A DNA stretch of 24,000 bases from Escherichia coli (GTDB taxonomy: Bacteria; Pseudomonadota; Gammaproteobacteria; Enterobacterales; Enterobacteriaceae). Made by a program: the position numbers and the translations under genes. The notes below the pieces were generated by a model. That model ran no database searches. It was not told the origin of the DNA and saw only the letters and a list, made by a program, of their open reading frames with translations. The stretch lies in assembly GCF_040549745.1 (NCBI RefSeq), contig NZ_CP159641.1; one strand, written 5' to 3'. This document shows, piece by piece, positions 10,026-20,491 of the stretch. How positions within the stretch are numbered: the first letter of the stretch is position 1; every line of letters begins with the position of its first letter.

Positions 10026-10475
10026 TCAATTTCTCCGCTGCTCTATTGCCGTAATCGCCTCCACGCGTTGTTGATGACGACCGCCTTCGTACTGTGCGCC
10101 CAGCCACGCATCCACAATCATTTTTGCCAGTTCGAGGCCAACCACTCGTGAACCAAAAGCCAGCACGTTGGTGTCGTTATGCTGCCGCGAAAGTTGCGCG
10201 GAATAAGGTTCGCTACAGACGACCGCGCGAATTCCGGCAAACTTGTTCGCCGCTATCGAAATACCGACGCCAGTACCACAAATCAAAATCCCGCCATCAA
10301 CCTCTCCGCCAGCAACAGCCAGTGCGACTTGACTGGCGTAATGTGGATAATCAGTACGCTCTGACGACCAGGTTCCTTTATCAATCACTTCAACGCCACG
10401 CTCAACTAAATGTGCCACTATTTCATGTTTTAAAATGAAACCGACATGATCACAGCCAAATGCAATCTTTTTCAT
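10026..10475 (-). CDS. rpiB: Ribose-5-phosphate isomerase B / allose-6-phosphate isomerase (149 aa)
   Basis: MKKIAFGCDHVGFILKHEIVAHLVERGVEVIDKGTW...GGILICGTGVGISIAANKFAGIRAVVCSE; RpiB/LacAB signature. Confidence 0.97.
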   Translation of the reverse strand: MKKIAFGCDHVGFILKHEIVAHLVERGVEVIDKGTWSSERTDYPHYASQVALAVAGGEVDGGILICGTGVGISIAANKFAGIRAVVCSEPYSAQLSRQHNDTNVLAFGSRVVGLELAKMIVDAWLGAQYEGGRHQQRVEAITAIEQRRN

Positions 10476-10833
10476 TCATCTTCCCCGTCCGTGCAAAACT
10501 TCACAATCAAAAAACATTTGTGATGTTAATGAATTAAAAACACCCAAAATCGATGAATTACGCCTTCCTGACCTGTTTTACAGAGTTACATCTGACAGCG
10601 CAATAGCGTTAAAGACACTCACCATCCAGCAACATCTATCATCTAAAAAACCAGAAAAACAAATAACATCATGTTTTTAAACTAATTAAATGAAATAAAA
10701 TTTTAAGCCACTCGCCATTTTTCACAATAAAATAAACTTTATAAATTTTATTTTTTTGTGAAGTCGCCAGCATCTTTTCTGTTCTTGCTGTGGTGATATA
10801 GTGGCGTCTTCAATTCAAGGACAAGAGAACGTG

Positions 10834-11724
10834 ATGAGCCAGTCAGAGTTTGATTCAGCGCTTCCGAACGGTATAGGGTTAGCGCCTTACCTGCGAATGA
10901 AGCAGGAAGGAATGACAGAAAATGAAAGCCGCATCGTGGAGTGGTTACTCAAACCCGGTAACCTGAGTTGTGCACCCGCAATTAAAGATGTCGCAGAAGC
11001 TCTGGCGGTATCTGAAGCGATGATAGTTAAGGTATCAAAGCTGCTGGGGTTTAGCGGCTTTCGTAACTTACGCAGTGCGCTGGAAGATTATTTTTCTCAG
11101 TCAGAACAGGTATTGCCTTCCGAGTTGGCTTTTGATGAAGCGCCGCAGGATGTGGTGAATAAGGTATTTAACATCACTTTACGCACCATTATGGAAGGTC
11201 AGTCGATCGTCAACGTTGATGAGATCCACCGTGCCGCCCGCTTTTTCTATCAGGCCAGACAGCGGGATTTGTACGGTGCCGGAGGATCAAATGCTATCTG
11301 TGCTGATGTACAGCACAAGTTCTTGCGCATTGGCGTACGCTGTCAGGCCTATCCTGATGCTCACATCATGATGATGTCCGCTTCGTTGTTACAGGAAGGA
11401 GATGTTGTGCTGGTAGTGACCCATTCCGGGCGAACCAGTGATGTAAAAGCGGCCGTAGAACTGGCAAAAAAGAACGGGGCAAAGATTATTTGTATAACCC
11501 ATAGCTACCATTCACCGATAGCGAAACTGGCCGATTATATTATTTGCTCACCAGCCCCGGAAACGCCGTTATTAGGTCGTAATGCCTCGGCAAGAATATT
11601 ACAACTAACTTTGCTGGACGCTTTTTTTGTCTCTGTCGCCCAGCTCAACATTGAACAAGCTAATATTAATATGCAAAAAACCGGCGCAATTGTTGATTTC
11701 TTCTCACCAGGCGCGCTGAAATAA
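10834..11724 (+). CDS. rpiR: RpiR/AlsR, HTH-SIS domain repressor of rpiB and the als operon (296 aa)
   Basis: ATG at 10834 (MSQSEFDSALPNGIGLAPYLRMKQEGMTENESRIVEWLLKPG...), N-terminal RpiR HTH and SIS domain (VVLVVTHSGRTSDVKAAVELAKKNGAKIICIT). Confidence 0.95.
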   Translation: MSQSEFDSALPNGIGLAPYLRMKQEGMTENESRIVEWLLKPGNLSCAPAIKDVAEALAVSEAMIVKVSKLLGFSGFRNLRSALEDYFSQSEQVLPSELAFDEAPQDVVNKVFNITLRTIMEGQSIVNVDEIHRAARFFYQARQRDLYGAGGSNAICADVQHKFLRIGVRCQAYPDAHIMMMSASLLQEGDVVLVVTHSGRTSDVKAAVELAKKNGAKIICITHSYHSPIAKLADYIICSPAPETPLLGRNASARILQLTLLDAFFVSVAQLNIEQANINMQKTGAIVDFFSPGALK

Positions 11725-11730
11725 GAAAAA

Positions 11731-11756
11731 GGTAATTCCGCCATCGCGGAGTTACC
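11731..11756. promoter_or_regulatory. Imperfect hairpin in the rpiR-alsB intergenic gap (possible weak terminator or processing/stability element)
   Basis: ggtaattccgccatcgcggagttacc: ggtaa..ccgc / gcgg..ttacc arms; no downstream T-tract. Confidence 0.5.
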
Positions 11757-11782
11757 TGTCCCCTTACCGTGAGAACATTATT

Positions 11783-12718
11783 ATGAATAAATATCTGAAA
11801 TATTTCAGCGGCACACTCGTGGGCTTAATGTTGTCAACCAGCGCTTTTGCTGCCGCCGAATATGCTGTCGTATTGAAAACCCTCTCCAACCCATTTTGGG
11901 TAGATATGAAAAAAGGCATTGAAGATGAAGCAAAAACACTGGGCGTCAGCGTTGATATTTTTGCCTCTCCTTCAGAAGGCGATTTTCAATCTCAATTGCA
12001 GTTATTTGAAGATCTCAGTAATAAAAATTACAAAGGTATCGCCTTCGCTCCATTATCCTCAGTGAATCTGGTCATGCCTGTCGCCCGCGCATGGAAAAAA
12101 GGCATTTATCTGGTTAATCTCGATGAAAAAATCGACATGGATAATCTGAAAAAAGCTGGCGGCAATGTGGAAGCTTTTGTCACCACCGATAACGTTGCTG
12201 TCGGGGCGAAAGGCGCGTCGTTCATTATTGACAAATTGGGCGCTGAAGGTGGTGAAGTCGCAATCATTGAGGGTAAAGCCGGTAACGCCTCCGGTGAAGC
12301 GCGTCGTAATGGTGCCACCGAAGCCTTCAAAAAAGCAAGCCAGATCAAGCTTGTCGCCAGCCAGCCTGCCGACTGGGACCGCATTAAAGCACTGGATGTC
12401 GCCACTAACGTGTTGCAACGTAATCCGAATATTAAAGCGATCTATTGCGCGAATGACACGATGGCAATGGGTGTTGCTCAGGCAGTCGCAAACGCCGGAA
12501 AAACGGGAAAAGTGCTGGTCGTCGGTACAGATGGCATTCCGGAAGCCCGCAAAATGGTGGAAGCCGGACAAATGACCGCGACGGTTGCCCAGAGCCCGGC
12601 GGATATCGGCGCAACGGGTCTGAAGCTGATGGTTGACGCTGAGAAATCCGGCAAGGTTATCCCGCTGGATAAAGCACCGGAATTTAAACTGGTCGATTCA
12701 ATCCTGGTCACTCAATAA
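11783..12718 (+). CDS. alsB: AlsB, D-allose ABC transporter periplasmic binding protein (311 aa)
   Basis: MNKYLKYFSGTLVGLMLSTSAFAAAEYAVVLKTLSNPFWVDMKKGIEDEAKTLGVSVDIFAS...; signal peptide and sugar-binding protein fold. Confidence 0.97.
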   Translation: MNKYLKYFSGTLVGLMLSTSAFAAAEYAVVLKTLSNPFWVDMKKGIEDEAKTLGVSVDIFASPSEGDFQSQLQLFEDLSNKNYKGIAFAPLSSVNLVMPVARAWKKGIYLVNLDEKIDMDNLKKAGGNVEAFVTTDNVAVGAKGASFIIDKLGAEGGEVAIIEGKAGNASGEARRNGATEAFKKASQIKLVASQPADWDRIKALDVATNVLQRNPNIKAIYCANDTMAMGVAQAVANAGKTGKVLVVGTDGIPEARKMVEAGQMTATVAQSPADIGATGLKLMVDAEKSGKVIPLDKAPEFKLVDSILVTQ

Positions 12719-12729
12719 AACTGAATGAT

Positions 12730-12766
12730 GCCGGATGATGATGCTAATGAAGTGTCTTATCCGGCC
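12730..12766. repeat. Degenerate single REP-like unit downstream of alsB
   Basis: gccggatgatgatgctaatgaagtgtcttatccggcc: terminal gccggat / atccggc arms as in REP, but a divergent middle. Confidence 0.6.
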
Positions 12767-13169
12767 AACAAAATAACCTGAACGTAGACCTGATAAATGT
12801 AGCCATCAGGCAATAATACGATATTTCGTGCAGAGAGGTTATTTATGGCCACGCCATATATATCGATGGCGGGGATCGGCAAGTCCTTTGGTCCGGTTCA
12901 CGCATTAAAGTCGGTTAATTTAACGGTTTATCCTGGTGAAATACATGCATTACTAGGAGAAAATGGCGCGGGTAAATCCACGCTAATGAAAGTTTTATCC
13001 GGAATACATGAGCCGACCAAAGGCACCATTACCATTAATAACATTAGCTATAACAAGCTGGATCATAAATTAGCGGCACAACTCGGTATCGGGATTATTT
13101 ATCAGGAACTCAGCGTTATTGATGAATTAACCGTACTGGAAAATTTATATATTGGTCGTCATCTGACGA

Positions 13170-13177
13170 AAAAAATC
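13170..13177. repeat. IS1 target site duplication, left copy (AAAAAATC)
   Basis: aaaaaatc immediately before 13178 matches 13946-13953. Confidence 0.85.
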
Positions 13178-13192
13178 GGTAATGACTCCAAC

Positions 13193-13696
13193 TTATTGAT
13201 AGTGTTTTATGTTCAGATAATGCCCGATGACTTTGTCATGCAGCTCCACCGATTTTGAGAACGACAGCGACTTCCGTCCCAGCCGTGCCAGGTGCTGCCT
13301 CAGATTCAGGTTATGCCGCTCAATTCGCTGCGTATATCGCTTGCTGATTACGTGCAGCTTTCCCTTCAGGCGGGATTCATACAGCGGCCAGCCATCCGTC
13401 ATCCATATCACCACGTCAAAGGGTGACAGCAGGCTCATAAGACGCCCCAGCGTCGCCATCGTGCGTTCACCGAATACGTGCGCAACAACCGTCTTCCGGA
13501 GCCTGTCATACGCGTAAAACAGCCAGCGCTGGCGCGATTTAGCCCCGACATAGCCCCACTGTTCGTCCATTTCCGCGCAGACGATGACGTCACTGCCCGG
13601 CTGTATGCGCGAGGTTACCGACTGCGGCCTGAGTTTTTTAAGTGACGTAAAATCGTGTTGAGGCCAACGCCCATAATGCGGGCAGTTGCCCGGCAT
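13193..13696 (-). CDS. insB: IS1 InsB (C-terminal part of InsAB' transposase), 167 aa
   Basis: [79 protein letters not shown]... Confidence 0.97.
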
Positions 13697-13890
13697 CCAA
13701 CGCCATTCATGGCCATATCAATGATTTTCTGGTGCGTACCGGGTTGAGAAGCGGTGTAAGTGAACTGCAGTTGCCATGTTTTACGGCAGTGAGAGCAGAG
13801 ATAGCGCTGATGTCCGGCGGTGCTTTTGCCGTTACGCACCACCCCGTCAGTAGCTGAACAGGAGGGACAGCTGATAGAAACAGAAGCCAC
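13615..13890 (-). CDS. insA: IS1 InsA, 91 aa zinc-finger/HTH repressor
   Basis: [91 protein letters not shown]. Confidence 0.97.
13633..13639 (-). promoter_or_regulatory. A6C slippery site for the programmed -1 frameshift producing InsAB' transposase
   Basis: gttttttt-type run gtttttt on the plus strand equals AAAAAAC on the transposase strand, located in the insA/insB overlap. Confidence 0.9.
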
Positions 13891-13945
13891 TGGAGCACCT
13901 CAAAAACACCATCATACACTAAATCAGTAAGTTGGCAGCATCACC

Positions 13946-13953
13946 AAAAAATC
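13946..13953. repeat. IS1 target site duplication, right copy (AAAAAATC)
   Basis: aaaaaatc immediately after 13945. Confidence 0.85.
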
Positions 13954-15131
13954 TGTGGCGTCAATATTATCGACTGGCGAGAAATGCGTGTCCGCGCCGC
14001 CATGATGTTATTACGCGTGGGCTTGAAAGTTGATCTAGATGAGAAAGTGGCGAATTTATCTATCAGCCACAAGCAGATGCTAGAAATTGCCAAAACGCTG
14101 ATGCTCGATGCCAAAGTCATCATCATGGATGAACCCACCTCCTCACTCACCAATAAAGAGGTGGACTATCTGTTTCTGATCATGAATCAGTTGCGTAAAG
14201 AGGGTACGGCCATCGTCTATATCTCGCATAAGTTGGCGGAAATTCGCCGTATTTGCGACCGCTATACGGTGATGAAAGACGGCAGCAGCGTTTGCAGCGG
14301 CATAGTAAGCGATGTGTCAAATGACGATATCGTCCGTCTGATGGTAGGCCGCGAACTGCAAAACCGTTTTAACGCGATGAAGGAGAATGTCAGCAACCTT
14401 GCGCACGAAACGGTTTTTGAGGTGCGGAACGTCACCAGTCGTGACAGAAAAAAGGTCCGGGATATCTCATTTAGCGTCTGCCGGGGAGAAATATTAGGCT
14501 TTGCCGGACTGGTCGGTTCCGGACGTACTGAACTGATGAATTGTCTGTTTGGCGTGGATAAACGCGCTGGCGGAGAAATCCGTCTTAATGGCAAAGATAT
14601 CTCTCCACGTTCACCCCTGGATGCCGTGAAAAAAGGGATGGCTTACATCACTGAAAGCCGCCGGGATAACGGTTTTTTCCCCAACTTTTCCATCGCTCAG
14701 AACATGGCGATCAGCCGCAGTCTGAAAGACGGCGGCTATAAAGGCGCGATGGGCTTGTTTCATGAAGTTGACGAGCAACGTACCGCTGAAAATCAACGCG
14801 AACTGCTGGCGCTGAAATGTCATTCGGTAAACCAGAATATCACCGAACTCTCCGGGGGAAATCAGCAGAAAGTCCTGATCTCCAAATGGCTGTGCTGTTG
14901 CCCGGAAGTGATTATTTTCGATGAACCTACCCGCGGCATCGACGTTGGCGCGAAAGCCGAAATTTACAAAGTGATGCGCCAACTGGCGGACGACGGAAAA
15001 GTCATCCTGATGGTGTCATCTGAACTACCTGAAATTATCACCGTCTGCGACCGCATCGCCGTGTTCTGCGAAGGACGACTGACGCAAATCCTGACGAATC
15101 GCGATGACATGAGCGAAGAGGAGATTATGGC

Positions 15132-16112
15132 ATGGGCTTTACCACAAGAGTAAAAAGCGAAGCGAGCGAGAAGAAACCGTTCAACTTTGCGCTGTTCTGG
15201 GATAAATACGGCACCTTTTTTATCCTGGCGATCATCGTCGCCATCTTTGGTTCGCTGTCACCAGAATATTTTCTGACCACCAATAATATTACCCAGATTT
15301 TTGTTCAAAGCTCCGTGACGGTATTGATCGGCATGGGCGAGTTTTTCGCTATCCTGGTCGCTGGTATCGACCTCTCGGTTGGCGCGATTCTGGCGCTTTC
15401 CGGTATGGTGACCGCCAAACTGATGTTGGCAGGTGTTGACCCGTTTCTCGCAGCGATGATTGGCGGTGTACTGGTTGGCGGCGCACTGGGGGCGATCAAC
15501 GGCTGCCTGGTCAACTGGACGGGGCTACACCCGTTCATCATCACCCTTGGCACCAACGCGATTTTCCGTGGGATCACGCTGGTGATCTCCGATGCCAACT
15601 CGGTATACGGCTTCTCATTTGACTTCGTGAACTTCTTTGCCGCCAGCGTAATTGGGATACCTGTCCCCGTTATCTTCTCACTAATTGTCGCTCTCATCCT
15701 TTGGTTTCTGACAACGCGTATGCGGCTCGGGCGCAACATCTACGCACTGGGCGGCAACAAAAATTCGGCGTTCTATTCCGGGATTGACGTGAAATTCCAC
15801 ATCCTGGTGGTGTTTATCATCTCCGGTGTTTGTGCAGGTCTGGCAGGCGTCGTCTCAACTGCACGACTCGGTGCCGCAGAACCGCTTGCCGGTATGGGTT
15901 TTGAAACCTATGCCATTGCCAGCGCCATCATTGGCGGCACCAGTTTCTTCGGCGGCAAGGGGCGCATTTTCTCTGTGGTGATTGGCGGGTTGATCATCGG
16001 CACCATCAACAACGGTCTGAATATTTTGCAGGTACAAACCTATTACCAACTGGTGGTGATGGGCGGATTAATTATCGCGGCTGTCGCCCTTGACCGTCTT
16101 ATCAGTAAGTAA
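15132..16112 (+). CDS. alsC: AlsC, D-allose ABC transporter permease (326 aa)
   Basis: MGFTTRVKSEASEKKPFNFALFWDKYGTFFILAIIVAIFGSLSPEYFLTTNNITQIF...; ribose/allose-type permease; overlaps the alsA 3' end by 22 nt. Confidence 0.96.
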   Translation: MGFTTRVKSEASEKKPFNFALFWDKYGTFFILAIIVAIFGSLSPEYFLTTNNITQIFVQSSVTVLIGMGEFFAILVAGIDLSVGAILALSGMVTAKLMLAGVDPFLAAMIGGVLVGGALGAINGCLVNWTGLHPFIITLGTNAIFRGITLVISDANSVYGFSFDFVNFFAASVIGIPVPVIFSLIVALILWFLTTRMRLGRNIYALGGNKNSAFYSGIDVKFHILVVFIISGVCAGLAGVVSTARLGAAEPLAGMGFETYAIASAIIGGTSFFGGKGRIFSVVIGGLIIGTINNGLNILQVQTYYQLVVMGGLIIAAVALDRLISK

Positions 16113-16122
16113 GGAATTGAAC

Positions 16123-17731
<1,609 letters not shown>

Positions 17732-17738
17732 GTAAAAC

Positions 17739-17773
17739 GTTGGCACAGTAGCGCAATGTCCCGCTGTGCCAAC
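17739..17773. terminator. Candidate hairpin at the end of the als operon (non-canonical, no U-tract)
   Basis: gttggcacag tagcgcaatgtcccg ctgtgccaac: perfect 10-bp arms starting 8 nt after the alsK stop. Confidence 0.55.
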
Positions 17774-18003
17774 GACAGGTACAATATATATAATAAACAC
17801 ATAAAACGACTCATATTATTTTCTGCAATGATAGTTTTACTGTAATTTTCCCTCTTCAGCACAAATGCCTAATAAAATGGCGCGTTCCGCTCACACTTCC
17901 ACTTATTAAAGTCGCAATTTCCCAATTATGATAACGCCAGCTTTAAATGACGTATTTTGCATGGATTACATATTTACGACATAAATGATAAATGGAGATT
18001 TAT

Positions 18004-19989
18004 ATGAATAACTCTCGGTTATTCCGTTTGAGCAGGATTGTTATTGCGTTAACTGCCGCCAGCGGCATGATGGTAAATACCGCTAACGCGAAAGAGGAAG
18101 CGAAAGCCGCCACTCAATATACCCAACAGGTTAATCAGAATTACGCCAAATCATTACCGTTTAGCGATCGTCAGGATTTTGACGATGCCCAGCGTGGATT
18201 TATCGCCCCGCTGCTGGATGAAGGTATTCTGCGTGATGCGAACGGTAAAGTTTACTACCGCGCGGACGATTACAAATTTGATATTAATGCCGCAGCGCCG
18301 GAAACCGTAAACCCCAGCCTGTGGCGTCAGTCGCAAATCAACGGTATTTCTGGCCTGTTCAAAGTCACCGATAAAATGTATCAGGTGCGCGGCCAGGATA
18401 TCTCTAACATTACGTTCGTTGAGGGCGAGAAAGGCATTATTGTTATCGACCCGCTGGTGACGCCGCCTGCCGCAAAAGCCGCACTTGACCTTTACTTCCA
18501 GCATCGTCCGCAAAAACCGATTGTTGCCGTTATCTACACTCACAGCCACACCGACCACTATGGTGGCGTGAAAGGCATTATCTCTGAAGCCGATGTTAAA
18601 TCCGGCAAAGTTCAGGTGATTGCCCCTGCAGGCTTTATGGACGAAGCCATCAGCGAAAACGTGCTGGCGGGTAACATCATGAGCCGCCGTGCGCTCTACT
18701 CTTACGGTCTGTTACTGCCGCACAACGCGCAAGGCAACGTGGGTAATGGCCTTGGCGTGACGCTGGCAACGGGCGACCCGAGCATTATTGCACCGACTAA
18801 AACTATCGTCCGAACTGGCGAGAAGATGATTATCGACGGCCTGGAGTTTGACTTCCTGATGACCCCAGGTAGCGAAGCGCCAGCCGAAATGCACTTCTAT
18901 ATTCCGGCCCTGAAAGCCCTGTGTACCGCCGAGAACGCCACGCATACCCTGCACAACTTCTACACTCTACGCGGCGCGAAAACCCGCGACACCAGCAAGT
19001 GGACCGAGTATCTGAACGAAACGCTGGATATGTGGGGTAACGACGCGGAAGTCCTGTTTATGCCGCACACCTGGCCGGTCTGGGGCAATAAGCATATCAA
19101 TGATTATATTGGTAAATATCGCGATACTATCAAGTACATTCACGACCAGACCCTGCACCTGGCGAACCAGGGCTACACCATGAATGAAATCGGCGACATG
19201 ATTAAGCTGCCGCCTGCACTTGCCAATAACTGGGCCAGCCGTGGCTATTACGGTTCTGTCAGCCACAACGCCCGCGCGGTGTATAACTTCTATCTTGGCT
19301 ATTACGACGGTAACCCGGCTAACCTGCATCCGTATGGTCAGGTGGAGATGGGTAAACGTTACGTGCAGGCGCTGGGCGGTTCTGCCCGTGTCATCAACCT
19401 GGCGCAAGAAGCGAACAAGCAAGGTGATTACCGCTGGTCGGCAGAACTGCTGAAACAGGTGATTGCCGCCAACCCGGGTGACCAGGTCGCGAAGAATCTG
19501 CAAGCGAATAACTTTGAACAGCTGGGCTATCAGGCCGAGTCCGCCACCTGGCGCGGTTTCTACCTGACCGGCGCGAAAGAGCTGCGCGAAGGGGTGCATA
19601 AGTTCAGCCACGGCACCACCGGTTCCCCGGACACCATTCGCGGGATGTCGGTCGAAATGCTGTTCGACTTTATGTCCGTTCGCCTCGATAGCGCGAAAGC
19701 CGCGGGTAAAAATATCAGCCTGAACTTCAATATGGGCAACGGCGATAACCTCAACCTGACGCTGAACGATAGTGTGCTTAACTACCGGAAAACGCTGCAA
19801 CCGCAAGCCAACGCCTCTTTCTACATCAGCCGTGAAGATCTGCACGCCGTGCTGACCGGACAGGCAAAAATGGCGGATCTGGTAAAAGCGAAGAAAGCCA
19901 AAATTATTGGCAATGGCGCGAAACTGGAAGAAATTATTGCCTGTCTGGATAATTTCGATTTGTGGGTGAATATCGTAACCCCAAATTAA
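18004..19989 (+). CDS. yjcS: YjcS, secreted linear alkylsulfatase-like metallo-beta-lactamase-fold hydrolase (661 aa)
   Basis: [32 protein letters not shown]... signal peptide; [10 protein letters not shown] metal motif; C-terminal SCP2/alkylsulfatase-like region. Confidence 0.93.
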   Translation: MNNSRLFRLSRIVIALTAASGMMVNTANAKEEAKAATQYTQQVNQNYAKSLPFSDRQDFDDAQRGFIAPLLDEGILRDANGKVYYRADDYKFDINAAAPETVNPSLWRQSQINGISGLFKVTDKMYQVRGQDISNITFVEGEKGIIVIDPLVTPPAAKAALDLYFQHRPQKPIVAVIYTHSHTDHYGGVKGIISEADVKSGKVQVIAPAGFMDEAISENVLAGNIMSRRALYSYGLLLPHNAQGNVGNGLGVTLATGDPSIIAPTKTIVRTGEKMIIDGLEFDFLMTPGSEAPAEMHFYIPALKALCTAENATHTLHNFYTLRGAKTRDTSKWTEYLNETLDMWGNDAEVLFMPHTWPVWGNKHINDYIGKYRDTIKYIHDQTLHLANQGYTMNEIGDMIKLPPALANNWASRGYYGSVSHNARAVYNFYLGYYDGNPANLHPYGQVEMGKRYVQALGGSARVINLAQEANKQGDYRWSAELLKQVIAANPGDQVAKNLQANNFEQLGYQAESATWRGFYLTGAKELREGVHKFSHGTTGSPDTIRGMSVEMLFDFMSVRLDSAKAAGKNISLNFNMGNGDNLNLTLNDSVLNYRKTLQPQANASFYISREDLHAVLTGQAKMADLVKAKKAKIIGNGAKLEEIIACLDNFDLWVNIVTPN

Positions 19990-19997
19990 TGCCACTC

Positions 19998-20038
19998 GCT
20001 TTTGGGGGCGCTGAAGCCCCCAAAAGCATTTATTTTAA
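19998..20038 (+). terminator. Rho-independent terminator downstream of yjcS
   Basis: gcttttgggggc-gctgaa-gcccccaaaagc: perfect 12-bp stem, 6-nt loop, followed by atttatttt. Confidence 0.85.
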
Positions 20039-20197
20039 AAATATATACAACCAATTAATACATAAAATATATAAGTTATGAATGCGGTGGCTGAATAAAG
20101 CTATTTTTATTCATCAAGAAAATAGCCATACTGACGCCTTCAATGGATATTGATATTCACTACAGATATTGTTCGCAGCAGACAGGATGTATTTAAT

Positions 20198-20473
20198 ATG
20201 CCAACAGTTCTCTCTCGCATGGCGATGCAACTCAAAAAAACAGCCTGGATAATTCCCGTCTTCATGGTTTCGGGATGCTCATTATCTCCGGCAATCCCGG
20301 TGATCGGCGCTTATTATCCCAGCTGGTTTTTCTGCGCCATTGCCAGCCTTATTTTGACGCTCATCACGAGGCGAGTTATTCAGCGGGCAAATATCAATCT
20401 GGCATTTGTCGGAATTATTTATACCGCCCTTTTTGCTCTCTACGCCATGCTGTTCTGGCTGGCATTTTTCTAA
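20198..20473 (+). CDS. ytcA: YtcA, small putative lipoprotein/inner-membrane protein preceding the mdtNOP cluster (91 aa)
   Basis: ATG at 20198 (MPTVLSRMAMQLKKTAWIIPVFMVSGCSLSPAIPVIGAYYPSWFFCAIASLILTLITRRV...); lipobox-like VSGC and hydrophobic segments. Confidence 0.87.
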   Translation: MPTVLSRMAMQLKKTAWIIPVFMVSGCSLSPAIPVIGAYYPSWFFCAIASLILTLITRRVIQRANINLAFVGIIYTALFALYAMLFWLAFF

Positions 20474-20491
20474 TCTATTTGAGACGCGCTC

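Larger units (their letters stand above)
13178..13945 (-). mobile_element. IS1 family insertion sequence, complete, 768 bp, transposase on the minus strand
   Basis: Ends ggtaatgactccaacttattgatagtg... and ...cagtaagttggcagcatcacc match the IS1 IRR/IRL. Length is exactly 768 bp, it encodes InsA and InsB, and is flanked by aaaaaatc duplications. Confidence 0.98.
12845..15153 (+). pseudogene. alsA: alsA, D-allose ABC transporter ATPase, interrupted by IS1 after codon 111
   Basis: N-part 12845-13177 MATPYISMAGIGKSFGPVHALKSVNLTVYPGEIHALLGENGAGKST...HLTKKI. The C-part resumes in the same protein after the duplication at 13954 (CGVNIIDWREMRVRAAMMLLRVG...) and ends ALPQE* at 15153. Excising IS1 plus one 8-bp repeat restores a continuous frame. 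Confidence 0.96.

Noticed and set aside
12165-12575. Plus-strand ORFs out of frame inside alsB and downstream (e.g. 136 aa)
   Set aside because: Out-of-frame with a recognised full-length AlsB; no family resemblance.
13178-13945. Composite transposon or larger accessory island around IS1
   Set aside because: Only one IS1 copy in the window, with direct target duplications; flanking sequence is continuous alsA, so this is a simple insertion.
18967-19995. Minus-strand 342-aa ORF antisense to yjcS
   Set aside because: Fully overlaps the recognised YjcS coding sequence; no independent family resemblance.
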